Positions 1-6,642 of a stretch of 7,542 nt of DNA are shown here, piece by piece. This DNA comes from Promethearchaeota archaeon (lineage in GTDB: Archaea; Asgardarchaeota; Odinarchaeia; Odinarchaeales; JBHLKK01): positions 1 through 7,542 of the forward strand of contig JBHLPL010000095.1 in NCBI GenBank assembly GCA_048939465.1, written 5' to 3'. Position numbers and translations under genes: made by a program. Every line of letters starts with the position of its first letter. Position 1 is the stretch's first letter. The notes under the pieces are model-generated. The model was not told the origin of the DNA. It saw only the letters and a list, made by a program, of their open reading frames with translations, and searched no databases.

Positions 1-62
1 GGCGACGGCGGATCCTCTGGGCCCGGATAAATCCGATTCAAGCGTTTTCTTTACTTCAAATG

Positions 63-106
63 AATTCGTATTCATCCCGCGCTGCAAGCAGCGGGGAATT
101 CGAATT
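63..106. repeat. Long imperfect GC-rich inverted repeat (REP-like or IS200/IS605-like terminal hairpin)
   Basis: aattcg-t-attc-at-cccgc-gctgc-aa-gcagc-ggg-gaat-t-cgaatt folds into a nested stem, located just beyond the last attC. Confidence 0.5.
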
Positions 107-122
107 TAAACGCGCCAACCCG

Positions 123-191
123 CCTCAACACTCAGAATAGCCAGCAGGATAAGAAACGAGCCACTGGAAAATAGCACACATCTTGTTCTAC
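123..191 (-). other. attC site of YdeI cassette (degenerate)
   Basis: Minus strand GTAGAAC-AAGAT...CCAG...CTGG-CTATT-CTGAGT-GTTGAGG. R'' matches the cassette's core GTTCTAG at 6/7; L-box pairing is poor. An alternative R' GTTGGCG lies at 113-119. Confidence 0.6.
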
Positions 192-193
192 AT

Positions 194-760
194 TCATTTC
201 ATGCCCAATTTCTGACCTTGCTCAAGTAGAGTAATCGCCTCTCTGAGTCGTCGCTCCCTTGTCTCCTGACGCTTGGCGGCTGAGATCCAGCCCATAAATT
301 GCCTCTGATACGAAGAGGCTAGTTGATCGAAGAAGCTCTTCGCCTTTTTGTTTTTTGCCAGTGCAGAGGCCAACTCCTTGGGAATGTTCGATGGTATTCG
401 TGGCCTATCCGGTTTGTCCCACAGCCCAGATGCTTTGGCCTCCCGTATCTTCATAAGGCCGGCTTCAGTCAAAAGGCCTTGCTTCTTGAGTTCCATGATA
501 CGCTTCTTGTTTAATTCCGACCATCGACTATCAGCTTTACGAGGTGTCATCTTTCTCACATATTTCTCATCATCGATCTTCTTGATAACGCTGTCAATCC
601 AACCAAAGCATAAAGCTTCTTCAACCGCCTCATCATACTCGAGCGTGGCCTCACCTGTATGCTTCTTGTAGAAAAGCAGCCATATCCCATTGCTCTTATC
701 ATAATGCTGATTGAGCCAGTCTCTCCACTCCTTCCGCGTTTTTACGTACACTTGTTTCAT
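194..760 (-). CDS. YdeI/OmpD-associated (bacteriocin-protection-like) family protein
   Basis: 188 aa with family-typical segments 'WRDWL..H', 'EEALCFGWIDS', 'TPRK..S.WS..N', and C-terminal 'F..LA.SYQRQF..WI..AKRQETR.RR'. GGAGAG RBS follows core GTTCTAG. Confidence 0.88.
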   Translation of the reverse strand: MKQVYVKTRKEWRDWLNQHYDKSNGIWLLFYKKHTGEATLEYDEAVEEALCFGWIDSVIKKIDDEKYVRKMTPRKADSRWSELNKKRIMELKKQGLLTEAGLMKIREAKASGLWDKPDRPRIPSNIPKELASALAKNKKAKSFFDQLASSYQRQFMGWISAAKRQETRERRLREAITLLEQGQKLGMK

Positions 761-768
761 AGTCTCTC

Positions 769-830
769 CTAGAACGTAAGAGCTGAGGGGTAACCCGTCT
801 GGGATTTCTCAGCGGATGTCTTTGTTCGGA
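769..830 (-). other. attC site of ADP-ribosylglycohydrolase cassette
   Basis: TCCGAAC-AAAGACATCC-GCTGAG...CTCAGC-TCTTAC-GTTCTAG. R'' is the exact complement of the upstream core GTTCGGA. The site overlaps the last codons of the gene. Confidence 0.72.
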
Positions 831-1606
831 AATTCTGGTGAACCATACTTGGCTGCAAATTCTACAATTATATTTTGAAATGATTGAGGGATCTTACTCC
901 ACGCTTTCTCAAGTATTGAAGAAGGGATGCCTCTGTAATATGCCTCTGCGATCGCCCCAGCAATAGCTGCTTGAGTGTCAGCATCGCCCCCCAAAGAGAC
1001 TGCGTTACGGATTGCGTCTTCAAAGTCTGTCGAGTCCAAGAATGCAATGATTGCTTCAGGTACTGAACCAGGGCAAGTCAGGTTGATACTATAATCTGGT
1101 CGAATTGAATCCACTGTCCTATCAAGATCATATTCGAATCTTCCGGTGATCTGCCTTCGTATGTCTTCTTTTTCTGCACCTGACCGAGCTAAGTATATGG
1201 CTAGTGCAGTAGCCTGGGCACCTTTAATGCCCTCAGGATGATTGTGTGTGCACTCAGCACTTTTCTTCGCGTGCATCAGAACAGACTCGTCGGAATCATA
1301 GGCATGACCTACGGGACTTACTCTCATAGCTGAGCCATTTCCAAGGCTGTTATACGGTTCGATGCCCGACGATCGTACCCACAACATGAATCTAGGCCCG
1401 TAACCTCGCAGAGGGTATCGCCTTGCATAGGACTTGATCGTTTTACCGTAGCCTTTTCCATTCAGAATTGCATCTGCGACCGCGACGGTAAGTACAGTAT
1501 CGTCGGTATAGGTGCTAAGACGCGGGAATAGCTCGAAATCCTTACACTTGATGCGAAGGTTCTCACGAGTTGAGCCTATTATATCGCCTACTATTGCCCC
1601 TAGCAT
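809..1606 (-). CDS. ADP-ribosylglycohydrolase (DraG/ARH family)
   Basis: 265 aa with MLGAIVGDIIGS, TDDT, SLGNGSAMRVSP, THNHPEG and GGDADT metal-binding/catalytic motifs all intact. Confidence 0.95.
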   Translation of the reverse strand: MLGAIVGDIIGSTRENLRIKCKDFELFPRLSTYTDDTVLTVAVADAILNGKGYGKTIKSYARRYPLRGYGPRFMLWVRSSGIEPYNSLGNGSAMRVSPVGHAYDSDESVLMHAKKSAECTHNHPEGIKGAQATALAIYLARSGAEKEDIRRQITGRFEYDLDRTVDSIRPDYSINLTCPGSVPEAIIAFLDSTDFEDAIRNAVSLGGDADTQAAIAGAIAEAYYRGIPSSILEKAWSKIPQSFQNIIVEFAAKYGSPEFPNKDIR

Positions 1607-1625
1607 GTCGTCTCGCTTATGTTAT

Positions 1626-1678
1626 TCCGAACGCTTCATCTAACGCGCAAAGGAAAGGCAGGCTCAGCGCCGTTCATC
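1626..1678 (-). other. attC site of transglutaminase cassette (left half degenerate/uncertain)
   Basis: The right end GCGC-GTTAGAT-GAAGC-GTTCGGA is attC-like and there is an AACGGCGC...GCGCGTT stem. No convincing R''/L'' matching the cassette core was found. Confidence 0.45.
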
Positions 1679-1743
1679 TTCGAATTGCTATCATCTTTCT
1701 TGTTTTTATATTCCAGTGTAATGTCAACGTCCTGAAATTTCTC

Positions 1744-3264
1744 TTAAATTGCATTCCTAGTCTTCCTTTTCACTGCGTTTTCAAGCTTTTCAAAGGTGAA
1801 TTTCGGGTATCCTTGTGCTTCAGCCACGCTGAATTTCACACTGGAAGAAGCGTTCCTTGATGAGACAACTTCTACAGGGAAAACAGCGATCATTCTTTTC
1901 TCTATGTCAATTGTTGGTTTTACAATCCAGTATAGGATTTTTCTTGTGTCTGGTTCCATTAGGACCATTTGAGTATTTCTCCCCATGATTTCTAAATCAT
2001 TGGGAGTTTGAAGGGATATGTCTGTGATCACATAGAATTTGTGAGGATTTGCTACAGTTGCTTCTACAACGTTATAAGATCCTACATCTAAGTTGCGATA
2101 CCACACTGTGGGCTTTATTTCCAAAAGTGGGGTGATAGTCCCTGCTCTTTTCTTGATCTTTGTTCTTATTTCGAGATCTTTGATGGAGACAAGTGCACTA
2201 TCTGATTTCCATCCATAGGAGTTGGGTGGATCTGAAATATCAACAGATTTCCATTCATAGGAGGTAAGTGGGTCTGAAGTATCGAAAGATTCTGTGAGTT
2301 TTATATGGGTCGCATCAATGAAACCCAGTTGGTTGTATGCTACGTCAAAAGGAATCCAGCCTGCGGATGGAAAACAGACTTCCGCCCAACCGTGTGGCTT
2401 GAAGTGGATTGTATCGTTGTAATTTATACCGACAAGACCGATTATGAACTTAGCTGGAATTCCCAATGATCGGAGAAATCCAATAAATAGATTAGTCTTT
2501 TCATCACAGACACCTTTCCGATTTTCAAGAACCCATGAAGCTTTTTGCGAAGTCGAAATGGTAGAGGTATCAATATGGGCTTGCACATTTTCCCTCACCC
2601 ATTTACTCACTTCAAAGACAACTCTGTAGAGGTCATCTTCTCCTTGGGCTATAGATGAGGCAAGGGTGCGTATTTCCTCATCGTCTGAGTCAACAATCAA
2701 ACTTGGTCTTGCATATTTGATTTGCCTTGTTGGGATGGCCTGTAACGGGAAGGGTATTTTATCCGTAACTTGATAGAATTCATGCCTTGAAACAGTCTCT
2801 GCTTTTAGCCTAAATTCGTGGCGTCCTGGGGGTGGAGCATCTAATTCGAACTCTATAGAGCGGTCAACAATCTCGCCAGGTGGTATGATTTCAAGATCCG
2901 ATATCTTCTGTCGGCCATCACTCACGGGTAGAATCCTAAGGTTTGCTTTCAGATATTCTACAAAATAATTCGGTGTTTCTTGTGAAATGATTATCTGTGA
3001 ACATATCTCTGTTTCTAATGTCAGTTCTTTGGCAATTCGAAGCCTTTCACGATATTGCTCCATCATTTCTTCAGAGGACTTTATCGCAAGAGTTCTTGAT
3101 GCTGAGGGTTCGTTGATACTACAGCCAGTGTTTAACATAAGCACTGAAAATATCAGAATATTGGTCACCCAGGTCCTTCCTACTATGGTAGTGAAACAAA
3201 ACTCCATTTCCCTGCTTTCTTTGAATCTGAACACTCGATTGGCTTTCATGACAAATTTGAACAA
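1744..3264 (-). CDS. Transglutaminase-like (Cys-His-Asp) domain protein, putative lipoprotein
   Basis: 506 aa from a TTG start; the true start may be the ATG at 3249 or M20. Triad motifs are GVC253DE, PH291GWAEV and GWIPFD307. A hydrophobic stretch ends in 'LMLNTGC48' (lipobox-like). The C-terminal region is beta-rich. Confidence 0.85.
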   Translation of the reverse strand: MFKFVMKANRVFRFKESREMEFCFTTIVGRTWVTNILIFSVLMLNTGCSINEPSASRTLAIKSSEEMMEQYRERLRIAKELTLETEICSQIIISQETPNYFVEYLKANLRILPVSDGRQKISDLEIIPPGEIVDRSIEFELDAPPPGRHEFRLKAETVSRHEFYQVTDKIPFPLQAIPTRQIKYARPSLIVDSDDEEIRTLASSIAQGEDDLYRVVFEVSKWVRENVQAHIDTSTISTSQKASWVLENRKGVCDEKTNLFIGFLRSLGIPAKFIIGLVGINYNDTIHFKPHGWAEVCFPSAGWIPFDVAYNQLGFIDATHIKLTESFDTSDPLTSYEWKSVDISDPPNSYGWKSDSALVSIKDLEIRTKIKKRAGTITPLLEIKPTVWYRNLDVGSYNVVEATVANPHKFYVITDISLQTPNDLEIMGRNTQMVLMEPDTRKILYWIVKPTIDIEKRMIAVFPVEVVSSRNASSSVKFSVAEAQGYPKFTFEKLENAVKRKTRNAI

Positions 3265-3286
3265 CCTTATATGATCCAGGCCAACC

Positions 3287-3369
3287 TCTAAACAAACACT
3301 CAGGCTGACCCGCTTGCTGGAAGCACGGAGGCGCTTTAGGCAAGTCCGCTGTTTAGCCGGGTGTTATAG
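3287..3369 (-). other. attC site of GNAT cassette
   Basis: CTATAAC-ACCCG-GCTAAACAGCGGAC-TTGC...GCAA-GCGG-GTCAGCCTGAG-TGTTT-GTTTAGA (alternative R' GTTGGCC at 3279-3285). R'' matches core GTTATGG at 6/7. Confidence 0.72.
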
Positions 3370-3391
3370 TTTCTTACTCAGGTTTTATCTG

Positions 3392-3937
3392 TCATCCATC
3401 CAATTCTAGGCTCATCCAATGGTGATCATAATACTTGCCGTCAATGAATATCTCCTTTCGGATTGTTCCCTCTTTCAGAAATCCCTTCTTCTCATAAAGC
3501 GAAATAGCGCGAGTATTATCAGTACGAACACGCAAATTGATCTTCTTTATGATGTGAGTATCTCTTGCCCAAGCGATAGCAACATCAAGCATCAAGGTTC
3601 CGATTCCCCTTCCCCAGTATTGCCTTTTTACCGTCATTCCAAGTTCACCGCAATGCCTAATACGAGGGCGCTGTCCTCCTGAGAAATTCAAGACACTCAC
3701 AATTCTGCTGCTTATCAATCCGAGAATGACAAGTCTGTTTTCTGTTCCCCTATTGTTTTCTATAAATTCTTTCTCTTGTTGTTCGTTAAGTCCGAACTCT
3801 CCAGGACCGAATGTGAGGAAATCGGATTCTCCACAGACTTGTTGGACATAATCAAGTACTGAACGGGAGTCTTCAGCTGTTGCTTCACGGATAAGTAGTT
3901 TAAGACCATCATCTAATTCATGTGTTCTTGGTTCCAT
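3392..3937 (-). CDS. GNAT family N-acetyltransferase (RimJ/RimL-type)
   Basis: 181 aa with 'IREAT.EDS', acetyl-CoA motif 'YWGRGIGT', and 'V..DN.RAI.LYEK.GF..EG'. Confidence 0.92.
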   Translation of the reverse strand: MEPRTHELDDGLKLLIREATAEDSRSVLDYVQQVCGESDFLTFGPGEFGLNEQQEKEFIENNRGTENRLVILGLISSRIVSVLNFSGGQRPRIRHCGELGMTVKRQYWGRGIGTLMLDVAIAWARDTHIIKKINLRVRTDNTRAISLYEKKGFLKEGTIRKEIFIDGKYYDHHWMSLELDG

Positions 3938-3953
3938 TTTATGAATCTGTAGA

Positions 3954-4025
3954 CCATAACGATTCTTTCACCTAGTGGTGTGTAGCGCCAGCGGAACACC
4001 GATCCAGTGCAGAAATTGTGTGGGT
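3954..4025 (-). other. attC site of cytochrome c cassette (R'' degenerate)
   Basis: ACCCACAC-AATTT-CTGCAC-TGGATCGG-TGT-TCCGCTGGCGCT-ACA-CACCACTAG-GTGAA-AGAATC-GTTATGG. The AAC of R'' is replaced by CAC. Confidence 0.75.
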
Positions 4026-4064
4026 ATCTTCATTCCTTCAATGAATCATCAACATTATTCCGTA

Positions 4065-4526
4065 CTACCTGCCAGTCGGTTCTTCACCGTCCGGCGCGAT
4101 TATTTGACCCTTTTTACTGTTACGGATGATATCCGTGACAATCCTATGTGCATCTTCCTCGGTAAGTGCACCTTCGAATCTGGGCATGGCCAGTCCGAAG
4201 AATTTCCCCTTCAGGATGGTCATCACCATTTCCTCGTCTCCAGTGTTGCGCCGCCAGTCCTGGTCTGTAAAGTCCTGGCCCCTGAGTTTCTTGCCATCTG
4301 CACTAACGGCAGAGCCGTCTGCTCCATGGCACCTAGCACAGTTCTGTTGGTAGAATTCCTTCAGATCCGTTCGCTTAGGACCCTGTGTCAAAGCAGGCGT
4401 AACCCAAAGGGCAAAAACTATGGCAAAAATTAGTGCAATATTATTTGTCAGTCTGACTGGGCAACGGTATCCGATAATCACATTTCCGGATTTGCTCAAA
4501 ATATCTTGCTCCACTGATCGTTCCAT
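4065..4526 (-). CDS. Monoheme class I c-type cytochrome, exported/membrane-anchored
   Basis: CARCH heme motif, distal 'AMP' candidate Met ligand, and N-terminal hydrophobic segment 'IALIFAIVFALWVTPALTQ'. Start moved from 4598 (inside attC) to the ATG at 4526, which has GGAGG upstream (153 aa). Confidence 0.85.
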   Translation of the reverse strand: MERSVEQDILSKSGNVIIGYRCPVRLTNNIALIFAIVFALWVTPALTQGPKRTDLKEFYQQNCARCHGADGSAVSADGKKLRGQDFTDQDWRRNTGDEEMVMTILKGKFFGLAMPRFEGALTEEDAHRIVTDIIRNSKKGQIIAPDGEEPTGR

Positions 4527-4571
4527 TCTATTCCTCCATCTCTCTTTGCCATTGGGCATTTCACGTCCCTC

Positions 4572-4634
4572 TCCCAATGCACTCATCAAGGCCAGCATGA
4601 TTTATACCCTGTCCCTTCAGGCAGACTGTTGGCT
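4572..4634 (-). other. attC site of membrane-protein cassette (R' degenerate)
   Basis: AGCCAAC-AGTCT-GCCTGAAGG-GACAG...CTG-GCCTT-GATG-AGTGC-ATTGGGA. The crossover GTT reads ATT. Confidence 0.62.
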
Positions 4635-5043
4635 ATAGATTCCATTTGCTTAGAACTGTATGAAAGAATATTGGTATTGTGAATGATATAACTAAATAGA
4701 TCACATTCCCTGTGAAGCTATAGACTAAACCACACGAAAGCAAGAATAGTCCTATTAGGCCACACGCAAATGAAATAGTGCCTTGGTATCGTGATTTTTC
4801 GTAAGGATTTAGTTCAAAAAAGAATTTAATAAAAAACGAAGGGCTATATAAAGAGACAATTATTATAGTTGAACCAATACCACTAATGATTAAGCCTGTT
4901 ATTAATATTGTATTTAGTTTTGTGTATTTTTCCAACACGGGTGAAATGCCAAAATTAACGAGGAACCATAAGAAGATAATAAATGAATATATCACCCAGT
5001 TAATGGTTTTCGATGTTATGTTCCTCTCATTTTTTCGATTCAT
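4633..5043 (-). CDS. Hypothetical integral membrane protein (~4 TM segments)
   Basis: AT-rich ORF with four hydrophobic stretches. The track start at 5079 is a TTG inside attC; the first ATG after the core GTTCGGC is at 5043 (136 aa, MNRKNERN...). No family recognised. Confidence 0.7.
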   Translation of the reverse strand: MNRKNERNITSKTINWVIYSFIIFLWFLVNFGISPVLEKYTKLNTILITGLIISGIGSTIIIVSLYSPSFFIKFFFELNPYEKSRYQGTISFACGLIGLFLLSCGLVYSFTGNVIYLVISFTIPIFFHTVLSKWNL

Positions 5044-5052
5044 TTTGCTGTA

Positions 5053-5127
5053 GCCGAACCTGCAAATAGCCGGATGCAAATGAAGCGTAGCGGAATTTCC
5101 AGCCCGAGCTAATTTGCTTTGTTAGCT
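5053..5127 (-). other. attC site of GT2 cassette (best preserved)
   Basis: AGCTAAC-AAA-GCAAAT(T)AGC-(T)CGG..GAAAT-TCCGCTACGCTTC-ATTT..CCG-GCTATTTGC-AG-GTTCGGC. It has intact AAC/GTT boxes and paired L boxes with one extrahelical base. Confidence 0.9.
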
Positions 5128-5756
5128 TTCTTATCGAACTTTATAAAAAGCCATGGCAATAAATAAAAAAACTGCCTAAAGTGGAACCACGCGATTTTCC
5201 GTGGTTTGTTAATTTTTTGTAATGTAATAGGTATTTCTACTATTCTCCCGCCTTTTGAAACCACTTCTAAAGAAAATACACCACAGATGCAAGCGCCCTT
5301 TATTTCCAATGATCTAGCCAAGTGAGTTCGTATCGCACGTAAGCCCGTGCCAGAGTCTCCTACTGGGGCTTTCTTTTGAGCCAACCAAGTTAGAACTCGT
5401 TCTGATGGTCTGGGGATGATGTTTCGATGTCCCTGAACCATATCAGCGTAACCATCAATAAGCGGTTTGAGCAAATCAGGGACTTCTTGAGCTGAGAATT
5501 CTCCATCCGCATCTAGTGTAATGACAATTTCACCACTGGCTTCCTTGAAACCATATTTAATTGCATTTATATAGCCTTTGTTTTTTGGTTGAGTTAAAAC
5601 ATTAGCTCCAGAATTTCTTGCAAGATCACCAGTACTATCTGTACTGGCATCGTCCACTACGATGATTTCATCAACAAATGGCTTAACCTGATTTAACGTT
5701 TGAACAATTCTATTAGCTTCATTATATGCAGGTATTACAGCAGTAACTGTCGACAT
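5109..5756 (-). CDS. Glycosyltransferase family 2 (DPM-synthase-like)
   Basis: 215 aa with 'VIPAYNE', 'IIVVDDASTD', 'NKGY..AIK.G', DxD motif 'LDADG' and 'GDSGTGLRA'. Confidence 0.93.
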   Translation of the reverse strand: MSTVTAVIPAYNEANRIVQTLNQVKPFVDEIIVVDDASTDSTGDLARNSGANVLTQPKNKGYINAIKYGFKEASGEIVITLDADGEFSAQEVPDLLKPLIDGYADMVQGHRNIIPRPSERVLTWLAQKKAPVGDSGTGLRAIRTHLARSLEIKGACICGVFSLEVVSKGGRIVEIPITLQKINKPRKIAWFHFRQFFYLLPWLFIKFDKKANKAN

Positions 5757-5778
5757 ATACTTTTTCCTATCACTGAAA

Positions 5779-5853
5779 ATCTAACACTATGCTCGGCTGT
5801 GTTTAGGAGCGGCAAAGCCGCGAGTAAACATCAGTTGTAGCAACTTGCTATGG
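5779..5853 (-). other. attC site of GAF cassette (R'' AAC>AGC)
   Basis: CCATAGC-AAGTT-GCTACAACTGA-TGTTTA-CTC-GCGGC-TTT-GCCGC-TCC-TAAACA-CAGCCGAGC-ATAGT-GTTAGAT, a clear nested stem. Confidence 0.85.
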
Positions 5854-6561
5854 TTTCTTTTTTCCTTTTTGATACCAAGGCTCATCTCCATACAGAGCGT
5901 CTATGCATTCTTCACAAAGTCCATGACTAAATTGAGCGTTTGAATGATCTTCAATATATTTCTCGACCTGAGTCCAAAAACCTTCACTATCTCTAATTCT
6001 CTTACATCTCGCACAGATGGGGATGATCCCTCTCAGAGTCTCTATTTCATCAAGATAGTCCAAAAGCCCCTTATTCTCCTCTCCCAAAATAGTATTCATA
6101 TACACAAGCGCTAGCTGGGACTGGATTATGTCACGAAAGTTTATGATTAGGTTTTCATAAGTATCTGAATAGGCATTTTCTTTGTTATCAAGCACGCATA
6201 TAGTCCCAAAAGGTCTTCCATCTGGGAAAAGAATTGGAAATCCCAAATAAGAAATCATATTCAATTTTATGTCAGGATTATTTTTCCATTTTTCATTTTT
6301 AAGCGCATTGGGGACTAGGAGTTTGTCGTTTGAACCAATCACGGTTTCACAATACAATCCAGATCCCAGAAAATGCTCACGATTTCCGGGATTGTAAGGA
6401 TTTCCCTGGCTTTTGCTTGAAACAAAAACCTCGATATCAGTTTCGACAAGCCGCATGATGAGTGCGGAAGGAATGCCAAGCAAATCCGCTAAGATATCGA
6501 CAATATTTTGCCATCTGTTTAATATATCTTTAGGTATTTCAATTTGATTATTTACGTACAA
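5848..6561 (-). CDS. GAF domain protein with C-terminal Cys/His-rich domain
   Basis: 237 aa, TTG start with GGAG 8 nt upstream. GAF signature 'LYCETVI....LLVPNA....W..NPD....MISYLGFPI..PDGRPFGTICVLD'. The C-terminus reads 'LRGIIPICARCKRIRD..GFW..VEKYI..HS.AQFSHGLCEEC...LY'. Confidence 0.88.
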   Translation of the reverse strand: MYVNNQIEIPKDILNRWQNIVDILADLLGIPSALIMRLVETDIEVFVSSKSQGNPYNPGNREHFLGSGLYCETVIGSNDKLLVPNALKNEKWKNNPDIKLNMISYLGFPILFPDGRPFGTICVLDNKENAYSDTYENLIINFRDIIQSQLALVYMNTILGEENKGLLDYLDEIETLRGIIPICARCKRIRDSEGFWTQVEKYIEDHSNAQFSHGLCEECIDALYGDEPWYQKGKKKP

Positions 6562-6571
6562 TGTCTTGACT

Positions 6572-6642
6572 CCACAACGGCTGAAAATAATGACCCGGCG
6601 GTCTTTTCCCCCGGCCCCGTTGTTTTCGATGCTGTGTTGATT
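6572..6642 (-). other. attC site of DUF2750 cassette
   Basis: AATCAAC-ACAGC-ATCGAAAA...GGCCGG-GGAAAAGA-CCGCCGGGTC...TTTTC-AGCC-GTTGTGG with intact AAC/GTT boxes. Confidence 0.8.

Noticed and set aside
1-60. Possible integrase, attI or promoter at the left edge
   Set aside because: No tyrosine-recombinase ORF or attI direct repeats are visible, and cassette orientation places these elements on the opposite side.
323-671. Plus-strand ORFs 323..514 and 348..671
   Set aside because: Antisense shadows of the YdeI-family gene with no recognisable motifs.
809-1606. Gene symbol draG / nitrogenase regulation
   Set aside because: No draT or nif context. The family is broad, so a specific symbol is unsupported.
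1570-1860. Plus-strand 96-aa ORF
   Set aside because: Spans an attC and the ends of two minus-strand genes, and the sequence is not protein-like.
2444-3274. Plus-strand ORFs 2444..2629 and 2987..3274
   Set aside because: Antisense to the transglutaminase gene, with no motifs or RBS.
3119-3343. Minus-strand 74-aa ORF starting inside attC
   Set aside because: Out of frame with and overlapping the transglutaminase gene. It could in principle be a leader peptide, but nothing supports that.
4527-4598. N-terminal extension of cytochrome c ORF (start 4598)
   Set aside because: The start lies within the upstream cassette's attC. The ATG at 4526 has a strong GGAGG RBS.
3419-4638. Plus-strand ORFs 3419..3682, 3975..4433, 4126..4353, 4420..4638
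   Set aside because: Antisense to the GNAT and cytochrome c genes and crossing cassette boundaries.
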